A stretch of DNA of 64,000 nt, taken from contig JBBRRZ010000016.1 of assembly GCA_038245845.1 (NCBI GenBank), positions 133 through 64,132 of the forward strand, in the 5' to 3' direction. Under the pieces are notes generated by a model that was given only the letters and a program-made list of their open reading frames with translations, had not been told where the DNA came from and searched no databases. Origin of the DNA: Candidatus Limnocylindrales bacterium. GTDB lineage: Bacteria; Chloroflexota; Limnocylindria; Limnocylindrales; CSP1-4. This document shows positions 40,040 to 49,902 of the stretch, piece after piece (position 1 is the stretch's first letter; each line of letters begins with the position of its first letter). A program made the translations under genes and the position numbers.

Positions 40040-40909
40040 ATGCGCAGCGTCGCCGCGGAGCTGGTCGAGCGACGGGAGATCGTCCCCGGCACCTGGCTCC
40101 ACGCCTGGCACGCGCCAGGCGTGGTCTCGGGCGCCCGCAGCGGACAGTACGTCCACCTCCGCACCATCGAGCCCGGCGGTCTCGCCGTCCGGCGCCCGTT
40201 CGCGATCGCGACGGCGGACGCGGCGAGCGGGACGCTGACGACCCAGGCGCCCGGCGCAGCACCGTCCGGCGCGGGGGTCGGCGACCCGATGGCGGGTCTT
40301 CGTGTCGGCGACCGGGCCGACCTCATCGGCCCCCTCGGACGCCCGTTCGAGGTGGATCCACGGTCCCGCCACCTGCTGCTCGTCGCCCAGGGATCCGCGA
40401 TCGGCGCGCTGCGCCTCCTCGTCGACGAGGCGATCCGCGAGGGCCGGTCCGTCGTCCTGCTGTATGGCGCCGCCTCCTCGTCCCATGTCTATCCCTCGAG
40501 CCTGCTCCCCGATGAGGTGGAGTACGTGGTCGCCACCGACGATGGCTCGCTGGGGCACCGGGGATCGATCCTGGACCTCGTCACGGACTACGAGGCGTGG
40601 GCCGACCAGTCGTTCGCGGCCGGGCCGCCGGCGCTGCTCGGCGCGCTCGCGGCGCTGGCTGCCGGCCGGCGTCAGCGGATGGGCGTCGCGATACTCGGGC
40701 GCAAGCGCGGCGCGGGCCGGCCCGTCCAGCCCGGGTCGCCGGAGGCGCGCCGCAAGGCGTTTCTCCAGGTCGTCGTGGAGCAGGGCATGGGCTGCGCGGC
40801 GGGAACCTGCTACGGGTGCGCCGTCCAGGGCACCGGCGGGCCGCAGCGTGCGTGCCGCGAGGGCCCCGCGTTCGCGGCCGACGAGCTCGCGTGGGCGGAG
40901 CCGGCATGA
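40040..40909 (+). CDS. pyrK: Dihydroorotate dehydrogenase electron-transfer subunit (divergent)
   Basis: RRPFAI, LIGPLGRPF, TDDGS.G, [2Fe-2S] GCAAGTCYGC...C.EGP. Confidence 0.82.
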   Translation: MRSVAAELVERREIVPGTWLHAWHAPGVVSGARSGQYVHLRTIEPGGLAVRRPFAIATADAASGTLTTQAPGAAPSGAGVGDPMAGLRVGDRADLIGPLGRPFEVDPRSRHLLLVAQGSAIGALRLLVDEAIREGRSVVLLYGAASSSHVYPSSLLPDEVEYVVATDDGSLGHRGSILDLVTDYEAWADQSFAAGPPALLGALAALAAGRRQRMGVAILGRKRGAGRPVQPGSPEARRKAFLQVVVEQGMGCAAGTCYGCAVQGTGGPQRACREGPAFAADELAWAEPA

Positions 40910-41598
40910 CCGGTGACGCGCTGGCGGCCGGGCGAGCGCGATGGGAGACGGCGGCGATCGCGGGCGGGATCGTCGGCTCGCTGGCCCTGCTTGCGGGATC
41001 CGTCGTGGCGGCGATCGCCTACACCGGCACCCAGGGCGAGCGATACAACCCGCTCAACCACTTCGTGTCAGAGCTGGGCGAGCGCGGCGTCTCCGCGCTT
41101 GGCGGCGCGTTCAACGTCGGGCTGATCCTGGGTGGGCTCGGGTTCGTGGTGTTCATGGTCGGGCTGGCGATCACGGGCACGGACCGGCTGCGCTACGTGT
41201 ACGCGCCAGTCGGCGTCGTCGCCGGGGTCGCCGGCACGCTCGTCGGCGTGTTCCCGATGGATGAGGCGGCGATCCACGGATTCGTGGCGCTCGCGTTCTT
41301 CAACCTCGGCTGGATCGCCGTCGCCCTCGCGTCGGTGCCGGTGGCGGTGGGCCACGACCGTAGGTTCCCGCGCTGGCTGGCCGCGGTCGGCGCCCTCACG
41401 GTCGTCGCGTTCCTCGCCTTCCTCTACGAGTTCCGGGTCGATCCCCGGATCGCCGACACGAGCCTCGGCTCGCCGGCCGCGCGCCCGGACGTCTGGCTCC
41501 TGACAGCGCTCGAGTGGGCGGTGATCGTCGGGATCCTCGGCTGGACCTTCCTCGCCGCGGTCACCTGGCGTCGCTCGACGCGGGGCCACGGCGCGTGA
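40906..41598 (+). CDS. DUF998 family membrane protein
   Basis: YNPLNHFVSELG, FN.GL, GVFP.D....H, LEW; multiple TM helices. Confidence 0.8.
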   Translation: MTGDALAAGRARWETAAIAGGIVGSLALLAGSVVAAIAYTGTQGERYNPLNHFVSELGERGVSALGGAFNVGLILGGLGFVVFMVGLAITGTDRLRYVYAPVGVVAGVAGTLVGVFPMDEAAIHGFVALAFFNLGWIAVALASVPVAVGHDRRFPRWLAAVGALTVVAFLAFLYEFRVDPRIADTSLGSPAARPDVWLLTALEWAVIVGILGWTFLAAVTWRRSTRGHGA

Positions 41599-42749
41599 AG
41601 TCGAAGCGGAAGGTCGGGCCCGGGACGTCGAGCCGGCGCCAGCCGACGGTACGGACCATCCGACCGGCGATCGCGCCCGTCCCGCGGCGGCTGGCGTCGA
41701 GCGGGACACCGGCCCGTCGCGAAGCGGACCTGGGCCCGGCTGCCCGCGAGGCGGCGGCTCGCGCCTCGTTCGACGCGCTCGGCAACCGGCCCGTTGCCCT
41801 CGAGGTGGACCTGGGACGCGGCCTCATCCTCCAGAACCCGCTCCTCGCCGCGGCCGGCCCGTTCGGCTACGGGGTCGAGGTGGAGGCCGCCGTCGACCTG
41901 CCGCGGCTCGGCGGGCTCGTGACGCGCGGGACGACCCTCAGGCCGCGCTCGGGCCACCGCGGACGGCGGGTCGCGGACGTCCCGGCCGGCCTGCTCCTGG
42001 GGATCGGGCTGCAGAACCCCGGCATCGAGACGGTGCTCGAGCGTTACGCCCCCACCTGGGCACGGTGGCCCGTTCCCGTGATCCTCAACCTGTGCGCGGA
42101 GTCGCCGGGCGACTTCGCGGAGCTCGCGCGACGGCTGGAGGGGGCGTCGGGCGTCGCGGGCCTGGAGCTCAACCTCTCGTGCGCGAACAGCTCGCGCAAC
42201 GGGACGGTCTTCGCGCTGGACGAGGGATCGGCGGCGTCGGTGGTCAGCGCGGTGCGCCGGGCGACCGACCTGCCGGTCATCGCGAAGCTGACCGCAGCCG
42301 CGCTGGACGTACGGGCGATCGCGCACGCCGTCGAGGATGCGGGCGCCGACGCGATCAGCGCGGTCAACACCCTGCCGGGTCTCGTCCTCGACGGTGGCCG
42401 GACGGCGCCCGCGCTCGCGAGTGGCTATGGTGGGGTCTGTGGCCCCGCGCTCCGACCGTTCGCACTGCGCGTCGTGTTCGAGGTCGCCCAGGTCGTGGAC
42501 ATCCCGATCATCGGGATCGGGGGCGTGACGACCATCGATGACGTGCTGGACCTCATGGCCGCGGGCGCGTCCGCCGTCGGCGTCGGCGTGGCGGCCCTCG
42601 CCGACCCCATGCTGCCCGTTCGCCTCGCCGACGAGCTGGCGGATGCGTGCCGGACCCGCGGCCTCGCCGACTCGGCCGCACTCGTGGGCACCGCCCTCCC
42701 GGCCCGGCCGTCGGCGCCATCCACGCGCGGCGCCGAGTACGCCCGGTGA
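41595..42749 (+). CDS. pyrD: Dihydroorotate dehydrogenase family 1B catalytic subunit (divergent, N-terminal extension)
   Basis: LQNPLLAAAGPFG, IGLQNPG, ELNLSC, AKL, VNT, IIGIGG. Confidence 0.85.
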   Translation: MKSKRKVGPGTSSRRQPTVRTIRPAIAPVPRRLASSGTPARREADLGPAAREAAARASFDALGNRPVALEVDLGRGLILQNPLLAAAGPFGYGVEVEAAVDLPRLGGLVTRGTTLRPRSGHRGRRVADVPAGLLLGIGLQNPGIETVLERYAPTWARWPVPVILNLCAESPGDFAELARRLEGASGVAGLELNLSCANSSRNGTVFALDEGSAASVVSAVRRATDLPVIAKLTAAALDVRAIAHAVEDAGADAISAVNTLPGLVLDGGRTAPALASGYGGVCGPALRPFALRVVFEVAQVVDIPIIGIGGVTTIDDVLDLMAAGASAVGVGVAALADPMLPVRLADELADACRTRGLADSAALVGTALPARPSAPSTRGAEYAR

Positions 42750-43015
42750 GCCCGCTCGTCCCCGGCTGGCTCCTCCTCATCAACGTGACGACCGGGGTCG
42801 CCTACGCGTACGACAAGACGCAGGCCCGTCGACCGGGCGCCCGCCGCGTCAGGGAGCGCACCCTGTGGCTGCTCAACCTCGCCGGTGGGTTCGGCGGGGC
42901 GTGGCTGGTGTTCTTCGGCATGCGTCACAAGACCCTCCACCGGTCCTTCTGGATCGTGCAGTCAGTCGCGACGGTCCTGTGGGCCGTGCTCCTCGTGGCG
43001 CTCCTGCTCAACTGA
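42746..43015 (+). CDS. DUF1294 family membrane protein
   Basis: YAYDK..A....RVRE.TL...AGG.GG.....RHKT. Confidence 0.88.
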   Translation: MSPLVPGWLLLINVTTGVAYAYDKTQARRPGARRVRERTLWLLNLAGGFGGAWLVFFGMRHKTLHRSFWIVQSVATVLWAVLLVALLLN

Positions 43016-43022
43016 GGTCCCC

Positions 43023-43955
43023 ATGGACCAGCGGCCTCCCGAACCCGTCCCCGGACGCCAGCCGCGCGACCTCGACGTGCCCGTCGTGCCGGTGCGCGCC
43101 GGGTCTGGCCGTGATGGCAGGCGGTCGCGCGCGCCGCTGGTCGCGGCCGCGGCCCTGGTGGCGGTGGTGGCCGCGGGCGTCGCGCTTGCCCAGCTGTTCC
43201 CCGCTGACCCGGCACGGCTGTCGCTGGTCGACCCGTCCCCGGTCGTGGCTGCCACGAACCACCCGACCACCACCGCGTACGCACCGGCGACACCCGCTCC
43301 GGTCGTCGTCGCCCAGGCGCCCGCGAGGCTCCGAGCGGCCGACCTCGTCGCGGGCGTCCTCGACGGCTCGCTCGACGGGTGGCTCGTCTACGCGGACGCG
43401 GAACTCGTGGCGACCTGCGAGCGGACGACGCCCGGGTGCGTCCCCGCCCCGGCCGTGAGCGGGCTGGCCCTGCCGGTGACCGGGAGCCTCGACGAGGTCG
43501 CCGGCGGAGGGCCCCCGGACGCATCGGTCCTCGTCCTGCGGGTCGACGGCGACCATCTCGCGTACCTCGGGTCGCTCGTCGTGCACGTGGACGGCTCGCC
43601 GTCGCTCGAACGGCTGACCGGGGAGCTGGTCAGCGTGGCTCCCCCCGCGCCCACGCTGTTCGACGCCCGCGGCTGGCTGATCATCCATCCGCCCTGCATC
43701 GTGGCGGCCCCGAACGCAACCTGCCCGCCCGCCGAGGCATTCCTCGCCGACGACGAGCCGATGCCCGATGGCATCGTCCGGTCGGACCGGGGAGAGCGGG
43801 TCGCGATCGCGCCCGACGTCTGGGGCATCGACGCGACGAGCGAGGTCCTCCGCGCGGGGCCGTTCCTCGTCCGGCCGGTGGCCGATGGCGGCCTGCGCTG
43901 GGAGATCGTGGCCCGCTACGACCCGTCGAGGTCCGTCCGCGTCGTGATCCCGTGA
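43023..43955 (+). CDS. Single-pass membrane protein carrying one copy of the downstream anti-sigma ectodomain
   Basis: G.LDG, C..C, L.YLG, GWL..C..C, L.DD.P, GPFLVR, WE.V.R, VRV.IP shared with 44564-46291. Confidence 0.75.
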   Translation: MDQRPPEPVPGRQPRDLDVPVVPVRAGSGRDGRRSRAPLVAAAALVAVVAAGVALAQLFPADPARLSLVDPSPVVAATNHPTTTAYAPATPAPVVVAQAPARLRAADLVAGVLDGSLDGWLVYADAELVATCERTTPGCVPAPAVSGLALPVTGSLDEVAGGGPPDASVLVLRVDGDHLAYLGSLVVHVDGSPSLERLTGELVSVAPPAPTLFDARGWLIIHPPCIVAAPNATCPPAEAFLADDEPMPDGIVRSDRGERVAIAPDVWGIDATSEVLRAGPFLVRPVADGGLRWEIVARYDPSRSVRVVIP

Positions 43956-43971
43956 TCGGCGCGACTTCGCG

Positions 43972-43998
43972 TGAACCCCCGACGGCGCGCGTGACTCT
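43972..43998 (+). promoter_or_regulatory. Candidate ECF promoter TGAACC-N16-ACTCT
   Basis: GAAC -35-like box with a 16-nt spacer, then AGGAGG and GTG 44025. Confidence 0.35.
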
Positions 43999-44024
43999 TG
44001 ACTGGTAGGAGGGACGTCGAGGCG

Positions 44025-44567
44025 GTGGAGGACCCGGACGACATCGCGCGGGCCCGCCGCGGCGACCCTGCCGCGTTCGAGCGGCTGGTAGAGGGACGGA
44101 TCGGACCGATGACAGGTACCGCGATGGCGATCATGGGCCGCGAGGACGACGCGCGCGACGCCGTGCAGGACGCGCTCGTGATCGGCTGGCGGGAGTTGTC
44201 GTCGCTGCGCGATCCGGCGGCGTTCGACGCGTGGCTGACGCGGATCCTCGTCAATCGCTGCCGACGGCGGCTGCGGCGCGTCAGCGGGGCCCGCGTCCGC
44301 GAGATCCCGACCGCGCTCGTGGCGGAGGCCGACGAGCCACGGACCGCTGACGTGGGCGCGGCTGTCGTGGACCGTCGGGCGCTGGAGCGCGCGTTCGAGC
44401 GGCTGTCGGTCGACGAGCGGTCGATCCTCGTGCTCCATCACCTCGACGGGCGCTCGATCGCGTCCATCGCCGCCGTCCTGCGGATCCCCGAGGGGACGGC
44501 GAAGTCGCGCCTGTTCGCGGCGCGGCGTTCGCTCGAACGGGCGCTCGAGCGGGAGGCGCCCCGATGA
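44025..44567 (+). CDS. ECF RNA polymerase sigma-70 factor
   Basis: ARDAVQDAL...WREL..LRDP.AF.AWL.RILVN.C; ERSILVLHH...IA..L.IPEGTAKSRL. Confidence 0.92.
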   Translation: MEDPDDIARARRGDPAAFERLVEGRIGPMTGTAMAIMGREDDARDAVQDALVIGWRELSSLRDPAAFDAWLTRILVNRCRRRLRRVSGARVREIPTALVAEADEPRTADVGAAVVDRRALERAFERLSVDERSILVLHHLDGRSIASIAAVLRIPEGTAKSRLFAARRSLERALEREAPR

Positions 44568-46291
44568 GCGATCGCTTCGACGACGACGACCTCCGGGCGA
44601 TGCTCGAAGGCCGGGCCGATCGGATCCACGCCGACGTGGTCCCGTGGCTCGCTCGCGCGGTGGGGGACGAGATCCGCGTGCCGCGGCGGCGTGGGCCGCT
44701 GTCCATGCTGGCGCTGCCGGGTGGCGTGGGGTCGCTCGGTGGCGCCGGCTGGCTGACGGCGGCGATCGTCGGGGTGCTCGCCGTCGCCCTGCTGGGCGGC
44801 CGTGGCGCGGCGCCCGGCCCGACCCCGGGAGTGGGCTCCTCGGCAAACCCGTCGGCGCCCGGCGCGGTGTCCGCGGTGCGGACGCTGAACCCTGACGAGG
44901 CGCTGATCGCGTTTGAGGCGGGCGACCTCGACGGTGTGACTGCGCTTGTCCCCGGGCCGGCCGTGCTTGCGTTCGGCCGCTGCGCTTGGGTCCCGTCACC
45001 GCCCGGTGCGAGCCCGCCGAGGTGCGAGTCGTTGCAGGTGGCCGGCCTGCCCGGTGTCGGCATCGAGATTCCCGGCTGGATGTCGACCGACCAACTCTCG
45101 GCGGCGATCGGGGCGCAGGATGCGGGCCGGCTCCTCGCGATCCGCATCGAGGGGTTCTCCGCGACCTTCCTCGGGTGGGTTGACGGCGACCTCGAGCGAC
45201 CGACTGGCGTTGACGTCTTTCCGGCGCAGACCCCCAGCGCGCTCGGGCTCGCTGTCGTCCGCGGCTGGCTGGGCCGTGATCTCTCCGACGTCGGCTGCAC
45301 GGGCAGCCGCTTCGGTGGGCAGTGCGCGGTTGCACGGCCTACGAGTGGCTGGCTCGCCGCTGTGCAACCGGTCAACCCGGCGTCACCTGGGCCGTGGCTT
45401 GCGGTGGACATCGACCCGTCCGCCGCGGCCGACATCGGCGGGTCGTCCGTTACTGCGACCTGGCTCGTCGCCACCGAGGGACGACGCGGGGGCAGGGGGC
45501 CGAACTACGAGGTCACCGCGAGGATGGACCCGGAACGGACCGTGCTCGTCATCCCGGGGGTTGCCGAGACATCTTCCCCTCCGCCCAGCACGCTGTCCCT
45601 GGACCAGCTCCGCTCGGGGCTCGTGAGCGGCGAGCTCGATGGGCGGCTGGTCGCGATCGATGGCGGGCGGCTCCTTGTCCAGCCCCAGCCGTGTCCGTCA
45701 CCGGGCGACGTGTTGTCGTGCACCACCATCTCGGTCGCGGGACTGCCGGGGATCTTCGTCACGTTTGACGTCTCGATCACCAGCGTGCCGACGAGCCTTC
45801 CCCTGCAGCCCGGCGGCAGTCGCCTGACCCTCGTGTTCCGCGCCGGGACCATGTCCCTGACCTACCTCGGGCGGTCCGCAGACCCGCTGGACGGGACGAT
45901 GACCGTCGCCCAGATGGAACAACGGACGGACCTCGGCGGCGATGTCCTTGCGGCGGTCTCGGGCTGGCTCGTGGCCGGCGGGGTGCACTCGTGCCCGCTC
46001 CTTGGTCCGGGGGCCACCCCGTGCCCGGGACCGCAGCCATGGCTCACGGACGACCAGCCCGGCGAGAGCGGCATGCTCGGCAGTCAGCAGGGCGTCCACG
46101 TGATCGCGACCGACCCGGCGGTCCGGCCCGCCACCCAGGTCGTGACACCCGGCCCGTTCCTCGTCCGCAAGGCAACGGTCGTGACGATGTGCGACGCGGC
46201 CGCGGGCGTCGATTGCTCGGCGCGGCTGCTGCACTGGGAGGTCGTCAGCCGCCTCGATCTCGCCGACCTCGTGCGCGTCTCGATCCCCTGA
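44564..46291 (+). CDS. Anti-sigma factor with TM and two tandem copies of a Cys-paired ectodomain
   Basis: ATGA coupling to the sigma gene; internal duplication (G.LDG..C..C..VAGLPG..LG..GWL..C..C..EV..R.D). Confidence 0.8.
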   Translation: MSDRFDDDDLRAMLEGRADRIHADVVPWLARAVGDEIRVPRRRGPLSMLALPGGVGSLGGAGWLTAAIVGVLAVALLGGRGAAPGPTPGVGSSANPSAPGAVSAVRTLNPDEALIAFEAGDLDGVTALVPGPAVLAFGRCAWVPSPPGASPPRCESLQVAGLPGVGIEIPGWMSTDQLSAAIGAQDAGRLLAIRIEGFSATFLGWVDGDLERPTGVDVFPAQTPSALGLAVVRGWLGRDLSDVGCTGSRFGGQCAVARPTSGWLAAVQPVNPASPGPWLAVDIDPSAAADIGGSSVTATWLVATEGRRGGRGPNYEVTARMDPERTVLVIPGVAETSSPPPSTLSLDQLRSGLVSGELDGRLVAIDGGRLLVQPQPCPSPGDVLSCTTISVAGLPGIFVTFDVSITSVPTSLPLQPGGSRLTLVFRAGTMSLTYLGRSADPLDGTMTVAQMEQRTDLGGDVLAAVSGWLVAGGVHSCPLLGPGATPCPGPQPWLTDDQPGESGMLGSQQGVHVIATDPAVRPATQVVTPGPFLVRKATVVTMCDAAAGVDCSARLLHWEVVSRLDLADLVRVSIP

Positions 46292-46320
46292 GCGGGGAGC
46301 GTCTCGCCTAGACTCCGGCA

Positions 46321-47738
46321 ATGACGCCAGCCGCAGCCAGCCAGTCCGGTGTCGACCGTGAACGCGTCCGGACCCTCAAGGATGCCGAGGACGCGCGGTT
46401 CGCCGCCGCGCACCCGAAGTCCGCGGCTCTTCTCGCCCGCGGCCGTGAGGTCATGCCCAACGGTGTGCCCATGGCCTGGCTCGTCGGGTCGTACCACCAC
46501 GCGCCGATGTGGATCGCGGAGGGCCTGGGCGCCCACATCACGGACGTCGACGGCCACACGTACGCCGACTTCAACATCGCGGACCTGTCGATGTTCTGCG
46601 GCTACGCGCCGGAGCCGCTCGTGCGGGCGGTGAGCGCGCAGGTCGCGCGGGGGAACCAGTTCCTCCTCCCGGGCGAGGACGCGATCGTCGTGTCGGAGCT
46701 CCTGCGCGAACGGTTCGGCCTGCCGAAATGGCAGTACACGAGCTCCGCGACCCACGCGAACACCGAGGCCATCCGCGTCGCCAGGGTCGTCGCCCGGCGC
46801 GACAAGGTCCTGATGTTCGATGGCAAGTACCACGGCCACTTCGACGAGGCGCTGGTCGAGCTCGACGACGCAGGCCGGGTCGTGCCCGAGGATCGCGGCG
46901 TCCCCGCGGACACCGCGAGCGGCACGGTCCTCGTCCCGTTCAACGACGTTCCGGCCCTCGCAAGCGCCCTCGCGCGTCGCGACATCGCGGTTGTCCTCTC
47001 GGAGCCCGCGATCACGAACAACATCGGCCTGCTGCTCCCCGACGACGGCTTCCACGCGGCGCTGCGGCGCCTCACCCGCGAGACGGGCACGCTCCTTGCG
47101 CTCGACGAGACGCACACCCAGGTCGTCGGGCCGGGTGGGCTGGTCCGCCAGTGGAACCTCAGCCTGACCTCGTCACCATCGGCAAGTCGATCGCCGGTGG
47201 CCTGCCGTTCGGCGCCTGGGGCATGACCGACGCGATCGCCGGGATCCTCGTCCAGCGCAAGGGCCCCGACGGCGAGCGCGCGAACCTCGTTGCGACCGGC
47301 GGCACGATCTTCGGCAACGCCCTGGCGATGGCTGCGGCGCGTGCCGTGATGACCGAGATCCTGACGCCGGAGGCATACGCGCACACGCAGCGCCTCGGCG
47401 CCCGGCTGGCCGACGGGATGCGCACGAGCGTCGAGGCCCACGGGCTCCCGTGGCACATCCACCATCTCGGGCCGCGGTCCGGCTACACGTTCCGCCCGAC
47501 GCCGATCCGGACCGCCGCCGAGGGCCGTACCGCGGCCGATGAGCTGCTCACGCGCCTCATCCGGATCTGGCTCGCGAACCGCGGCGTGTGGGAGGCGATC
47601 GTCGGCGCGGGGCCGGTCTGTTCGGTGCCCGCGAGCGACGCCGACGTCGATGCCTACCTCGCCGGCTGGGACTCGCTCCTGGACGCGCTCACCGGATCTG
47701 GCCCCGGGCGGTCGACGGGACTAGAATCGCCCCGATGA
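46321..47738 (+). pseudogene. Class III PLP aminotransferase (GSA aminomutase-like) with a 1-nt frameshift near 47160
   Basis: DVDGHTY.DF, FDGKYHG, DETHT in frame 1; PDLVTIGKSIAGG (PLP Lys) in the shifted frame; AACCTCAGCC lacks one C. Confidence 0.85.
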
Positions 47739-48412
47739 CCACCCTCCGACGCACCCTCGATGACGCCGCCCGGCGCACCATCGCGGCCCGCACCGAGGCC
47801 CTGTTCCGGGCCAGTGGCGCCCTGCGCGAGGGCCACTTCAGCCTCAAGAGCGGGCGCCACTCGGCGGCCTACCTCGAGAAGTTCCAGGTCCTCCAGGACC
47901 CAGGTGCCACGAGCGAGCTGTGCTCGTTCTGGGTCGGCTCGCACGTGCGCCGGGACGGGACCGCGGACGTGGACCTCGTCGCCGGACCGACGACGGGCGG
48001 CGTCATCCTTGCATTCGAGACGGGCCGCCAGTTGGGGACCCGTGCGATCTTCGCCGAGGAGGTCGTATCGGACGCCGGCGTCCGCCGCGAGTTCCGGCGT
48101 GGGTTCGAGATCCGGCCGGGCGAGAAGGTGCTGCTCGTGGACGACATCCTCACGACCGGGGGATCGCTGCTGGCGATGATCCCGGCGGTCGAGGCGCTGG
48201 GCGGCGAGATCGTCGAGTGCGTCGTGATGGTCGACCGGTCGGGCGGCCTGTCCACCCTGCGGTCGCCGAGCACTGGCCGCGTCTACCCGTTGCGCGCGCT
48301 GTGGTCGCTCGACCTGCCGACGTTCGAGCCGGGCACCGGCTGTCCCGGCTGCGTCGCGGGAGAGCCCGTCGTCAAGCCCGGGAGCAGCGGCACGGGCCTG
48401 GCGCCCGCGTGA
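47735..48412 (+). CDS. pyrE: Orotate phosphoribosyltransferase
   Basis: GHFSLKSGRHS..Y, LLVDDILTTGGS. Confidence 0.92.
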   Translation: MTTLRRTLDDAARRTIAARTEALFRASGALREGHFSLKSGRHSAAYLEKFQVLQDPGATSELCSFWVGSHVRRDGTADVDLVAGPTTGGVILAFETGRQLGTRAIFAEEVVSDAGVRREFRRGFEIRPGEKVLLVDDILTTGGSLLAMIPAVEALGGEIVECVVMVDRSGGLSTLRSPSTGRVYPLRALWSLDLPTFEPGTGCPGCVAGEPVVKPGSSGTGLAPA

Positions 48413-48822
48413 CACCGCCGCTCCCGGTGGCCGCGCTCGGGCTGGTCGTGTTCGCCGTGGCGGGCCTTGCCGCGTGCGCCCCGATCGCGTCACCGACCCT
48501 GGGTCCCGTGGCCTCCGCGTCGATCCTCGCCCCGGCCAGCGGCACGCCGGGCTTCGAGGTCCCGCCCGCCGTGGTTTCGCCCGTCACCGGCGTGCCCGTG
48601 CACATCGAGGCGGAGGGCTTCTCGAAGGTCACGGCGTTCACGATCCGGACGAACGATGGCGTGGAGATCCGGTTCCGCATGGGCATCCTGGACAACGGCG
48701 ACCAGTTCCCGCCCAGCCACCTGGCGGAGCACCTCAGCGGCTCGACGCCGGTGATCGTCTCCTTCCGGCTGGACGGCGCGGACCTCGTCGCCTACCGGAT
48801 CGAGGACGCGCCCGTCCGCTGA
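48409..48822 (+). CDS. Small lipoprotein, possible OB-fold with HLxEH motif
   Basis: Lipobox LAA-C; PPSHLAEHL, V.V.F..DG..LVA.RIED. Confidence 0.7.
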   Translation: MTPPLPVAALGLVVFAVAGLAACAPIASPTLGPVASASILAPASGTPGFEVPPAVVSPVTGVPVHIEAEGFSKVTAFTIRTNDGVEIRFRMGILDNGDQFPPSHLAEHLSGSTPVIVSFRLDGADLVAYRIEDAPVR

Positions 48823-48853
48823 AGGGACGTCGCGTGCCGCGCCCGCGGCGCCG

Positions 48854-49798
48854 TCAGGACCCCGCGATCGCCGCGATCGATGCCTTGAGCTCGTCCACGC
48901 CGATGACACCCTCGAACGAGCCACGCACGATCCCGCTCGCATCCACGGTGAACACCCACGGCTCGGTGAGGATCCCCCACTCGTCGACGGCCTTGACGGG
49001 CTGGAGCTGGTTGTTCGCATCCAGGACGGGCTGGAGCCGGCCCTCGGTGAACGCCAGCTGGTACGGCTCCACGTTGATGAACGCGACGTCCTTCGGGGCC
49101 GAGGCAGCGACGGCCTTGATCCGGTCGAGCGTCGGGCCGCACTGCGCGCTCTTGCAGAACGCCGGGGTGGCGAACACGAGGACGAACGGGCGCTTCGCCG
49201 CGAGGGCGTCGGCGACGGACAGCTCGTAGAACGCCGGATCGGGCTTCGTGTCGGTGGAGATCCTCGCGAGGTCGCCCCCGACGGACGCGGCGGTCGGCGT
49301 GTCCGAGGCCGGTGCCTGCGCGCCGATCGCGACGGTCGGCGACGAGTCCCCGACCTGGAACCCGACGCCGATCGCCTCCTGCGGCGTGGTTGGCGTCCTG
49401 GTCAGGAACACAGCCTTCCAGTCGCCGGTCGCCGGGAACGTGACGTTGGCCACGTAGTCCCCGCGGGAGCCCTCGATCGCCCACACGAACGTCGCCTGTG
49501 TCGCCGTCCCGGGCTGCGTCTCGCCGGGCGCGATGAACGCGACCGCGGCCTGCCGGTCCGGCGAGGCCGCGGGGAGGTTCGTCTTGGGGTCGAGGAACGA
49601 GAACACGAACCGGTTTGGACCCACGACCTGGCGGGAGCTCACGATGACCGGGATGACGCTCGCCTCGCCGGCCTGCGCGGAAGATCCCGGCGGGGCCGGG
49701 GCCACCGAGGCGCCGGTGGCGGGCGTCGCAGGAGCCGGGCCGCACGCGGCCGCGAGCAGAGCGATGGCGAATGTGAGGACGAGGGTCGAACGGCGCAT
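48854..49798 (-). CDS. Thioredoxin-like lipoprotein with CxxxxC
   Basis: Lipobox AAA-C; VFATPAFCKSAQCGP, INVEPY, TEPWVF.VD..G. Confidence 0.8.
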   Translation of the reverse strand: MRRSTLVLTFAIALLAAACGPAPATPATGASVAPAPPGSSAQAGEASVIPVIVSSRQVVGPNRFVFSFLDPKTNLPAASPDRQAAVAFIAPGETQPGTATQATFVWAIEGSRGDYVANVTFPATGDWKAVFLTRTPTTPQEAIGVGFQVGDSSPTVAIGAQAPASDTPTAASVGGDLARISTDTKPDPAFYELSVADALAAKRPFVLVFATPAFCKSAQCGPTLDRIKAVAASAPKDVAFINVEPYQLAFTEGRLQPVLDANNQLQPVKAVDEWGILTEPWVFTVDASGIVRGSFEGVIGVDELKASIAAIAGS

Positions 49799-49902
49799 GC
49801 CCGAAGCGTAGCCCGGCATGGCGTCGGGCGTCGCAGGAGCCCCTCCCGGCTAGAATGGGCGCCGCACACTGCATCGCGCCTCGAAGGACGATCGACCCGC
49901 CC

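Noticed and set aside
43008-45335. 775-aa minus-strand ORF
   Set aside because: Antisense to the ECF module; no motifs.
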